Shown here: one piece after another, positions 60,587 to 64,000 of the stretch | How positions within the stretch are numbered: position 1 is the first letter of the stretch | How the letters are laid out: each line of letters begins with the position of its first letter | DNA from: Piromyces finnis finn | Lineage: Eukaryota > Fungi > Neocallimastigomycota | Length of the DNA: 64,000 nucleotides | Direction of reading: 5' to 3' | Assembly (NCBI GenBank): GCA_002104945.1 | Contig: MCFH01000046.1 | Location: 62,001 to 126,000 of the forward strand | The notes under the pieces: model-generated | Database searches by the model: none | What the model was told of the DNA's origin: nothing | The model's input: only the letters and a program-made list of their open reading frames with translations | Translations under genes and position numbers: made by a program

Positions 60587-61277
60587 TAATTTATTCAGTA
60601 ATTTAGTATTATTGATGTATCATTCAATAAAAAATTATATAATAGATTAATTAAAAATAAAAAAATACATTCTTATTTTTTCTCTTTTATTACATTTCAT
60701 ATACATTTATAATAAAATAATAATAATAATATCAATATCAATTTCCTTTATATATAAAAAAATATATTACATACTATAATAAAATATTACAATTCTTTAT
60801 ATAAAAAACAAGAAACATTAATTTATAAAAAAAAACTGTAAAATAATAAATTTATATTTTTGAAATTTTCATTAAATCAAATATTAATAATTAAATTTCT
60901 ATTTAATAATTTATTATTATATAATTTTAAATTATCAAGTTTAATTTCTTAGTTTTTATATAAAAGGGCAATTAAATTTTGTTATGAATAATATATATAT
61001 ATATATAAAAAAAAAAAAAAAAATAAAAAAGTTATTATTATTGCTGTTTAACAATAAAAAAAATTTTTTTTTTTTAATATAATCATTAATCATTAGCTAT
61101 ATATTATATATTAATCTTAAAATTTTTAATTTGAGAGTTACAAAAAATTTCTCCATATTAAATTCTAAATAAATATTAATTATTTATTATTTTTTACATT
61201 CTTTTAATTTTTAAGGGTATATATGCTTATTTTTAAAAATTTCATTAATCATAATATAATATGAAATATATAATTTT

Positions 61278-64000
61278 TCACCATGAATCTGTAGAATTAC
61301 TATTTATCATTGGTGCACTAAGTATTATGAATATAAAAAATAAAAGTTTTAATTAATAATTCGATTTTTATAGTTATTATAATATAAAATAATGAATTAC
61401 CTAAATTCATCATCCTCAGTATTTCCTTCACCAAAATTATCACTAAAAAATTTTATAGAACTTTTTGTCATTAAAGATTTTTTGCTTAAAGTTGATGATG
61501 ATGTTTTTAAACTTAATCTAGAAAAATCTAAATTGTTCTTAAATATTTTGAAATAAAATTATTATTTATTTTAAATTAGTATAGATTAAATTAAATGTAT
61601 TGATATTTTAAAATAATTTTTTATTATACCTTTTCATTTATTTCCTTAAAAGTGTTTTCAATCTTACTTTTATCATATTCATCTTCCCAATTGAATATTA
61701 TATCTTCTTCTGTAAATGATGTTCTATATGAATTATTTTCATTATCCTTAATTGTCATTTTTTGCTGTGAATTATCATCATTATTATCATTTTCATTACT
61801 TTCATTTCCATCAAATAATTTTAAATTATTAATATTAATGTCCTTATCTACATTTAATAATGAATCAATGCCATCCTTTGAGTTATTCATTTTATTTGAT
61901 AAATTACTGTTACTCAAGAAACTTTGACTTTTATTAATTTTATCATTGGCATTATTTAAGGTAGGTTTACTTTTAAGCCATTTATTATTAGGTCTTTCCT
62001 TTTCAGTTTCTTCATCATCATCATCTTTTTCTTTTTCTTCTTCATCTTTATTTATATCTAACATTTCTTTTATAGAACCAGACTTATTTAAATTACTTTT
62101 ATTGCTAATGTTCATAATACTTACTATTTCTTCATCACTTTCAAAACCCTGTAAAACTCTATTTTCTAATTCTTTAATATGATCTTCTCCATCTTGAGCT
62201 AACATTTTATACTGTACTTCATATGTATCATTATTTGCATTATCAATTTTGGCATCATCAACTTTCATACTATTTTGATTTAAATCAATCTCAAGTTCAG
62301 TTGAATCAATATCTAGTGTACTAATCGATATTGATTTTCCAATTTCTTCATTTTGCTTTGAATGAATAGATATATTATCAACCTTAATCTCATTATTATC
62401 AATATAATTCATATTGTTTTTTATCTTTAAATTATTATTATTTTGTATTGATTGTGATTGTGTAATAGTATTATTAATATTATCAGTTTTATTCTTACTA
62501 GAATAAATAGAATTATTCATAAGTTTATTTTTTATTGATAAATCATTTCCTGTATTAAATGAATTTGATAAAATATCATAATTTTCTAAATTATTTTTAC
62601 TATTATTTTTCGATATACTGTTTATATTTTCACTATTAGATAAGATATTATAATCATCTACTGAAGTGCTATTTAACATTTGTTTAGTTGGTTCTATTTT
62701 TTCTGGATTTTGGTTTTGTGAACAGGATAATTTATTAAAATTATTAAAGCTATGTTCTATTTCTGATGTTGATGGATTATTTATATTCTCAAATTTATTA
62801 TTTTCTTTTTTTTCTTGATTTTTTATCGATTGACTATAATTTGGTTGTTGTTTATTATTTGGCTTCATTGAATTCAATGTTTCTAGATCATACATGTGAT
62901 TATTTATATCTTCATTTGTTTCACCATTTCCATTATTATATAGATTTAAATCTAGATTATTCATTAATTTATCATTGTCTATATTATTAGTATAGTTATT
63001 TACATCTGCTTCTATATTATTATAATTTAATGAATTGTTTATTTTATTGATGTTTCCAATTTTTGCTTTTTGTTCTTCTTTTTCCTGAACTTGTCTCATT
63101 ATTATTTCTCTTTTTAAATTTTTATCAATATCAATATAAGAGAATGGTGGTGGTAGAACAGAAGAATTTAATAATACATTATTATTATTTGTAGGTGTTA
63201 GATTCATCCATGGGTCTGGTAATTTATTAATTGAAGTCAAGAAATTACTATATGATCCATTTTGATTTGATTTTAAGTTATTTAGTGAATCATTATATAT
63301 CACCCTGTTTAATTTTTTTAAAAATAATACTTAAGATTAAATTTTATTCATATAATAAATGAAATTACTATATTTAAAATTATACACCAAATATTAATTC
63401 ACATACTTTTGATCATTTATTTCATTTTCATATAATGAATATTTATTTGTGTTTGAAAATTGTAATGCTATTAAATATATTTTTATTGTTGCAAAAATAT
63501 TAATATTAATGTTAATATTAGGAATGATAAATAAATATTATAATTACATAATAAGTATTACCTGATTGTGTTTGATGAAGAAGTAAAGATAAATCTGCAT
63601 TTTCTCTTTCAAGCTCTTTTATTTTTAATGTTTTTTCATCACAGATTTTTTTCAATTCTTCAGAATGAGTAATCTTAATAATTATATTTTAGTTATAATG
63701 AATAAATTTACTATATTAAAATTATAAATGGTATATTAATTATTAGAGGATTTTTTATATTCATACTTCATTATTTAGTTTCTGAATTAATTCTTCACAC
63801 TCTTGCTTCCACTGTATTTGCTTTTTATTTTTATTAATATCTTTTTGGGACTGACTTATCATTGTTTTTATTATTTCTTGGTATTCTTAAATATTATTAA
63901 TTTTATTTTTATTATTTTTATTATTATTATTATTATTATTATTAACTATGTTGGAAATATTTTTATATAATTATTGACACTTACCTAGTTGACGTTTTTC
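61278..64000 (-). CDS. Hypothetical coiled-coil plus Asn-rich protein, 5'-partial, multi-exon
   Basis: The 559-aa ORF 61624..63303 is joined in frame by GT-AG introns to upstream exons (…EKRQL-EYQEIIKTMISQSQKDINKNKKQIQWKQECEELIQKLNNE-ITHSEELKKICDEKTLKIKELERENADLSLLLHQTQS-ALQFSNTNKYSLYENEINDQ-KVIYND…) and to downstream exons ending …NSTDSW* at 61278. I did not recognise a family. Confidence 0.75.

Noticed and set aside
61652-62990. Opposite-strand and alternate-frame ORFs over the terminal Asn-rich gene
   Set aside because: Low-complexity shadow frames.

Overview
Eukaryotic, extremely AT-rich genomic DNA with short GT-AG introns, long poly-A/poly-T tracts and Asn/Gln-rich low-complexity proteins. 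It is most consistent with an anaerobic gut fungus (Neocallimastigomycota); this assignment is inferred from composition and gene content. Eleven protein-coding genes are supported. They are a 5'-partial Q/N-rich orphan with two tandem-repeat arrays, an intronless class IV chitin synthase, a Nnf1-like kinetochore protein, an intronless midasin (MDN1), an ABCB8-like organellar ABC half-transporter, GPALPP1/DUF3752, an Erv2-type sulfhydryl oxidase, MTHFR, Arp2, a B-box + DUF2009 (UPF0652) protein, and a 5'-partial coiled-coil orphan. The window also holds a decayed, internally deleted non-LTR (LINE) retrotransposon, microsatellites and a perfect 25-bp inverted repeat. The most striking observation is that the spliced Erv2 has S-G-E-C in place of the invariant redox-active C-G-E-C, while its other cysteines, including the C-terminal CGC shuttle, are retained. 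I found no tRNA, rRNA or CRISPR array. Exon boundaries were derived by hand translation and may be off by a few bases. Family assignments come from motif recognition, not database searches.
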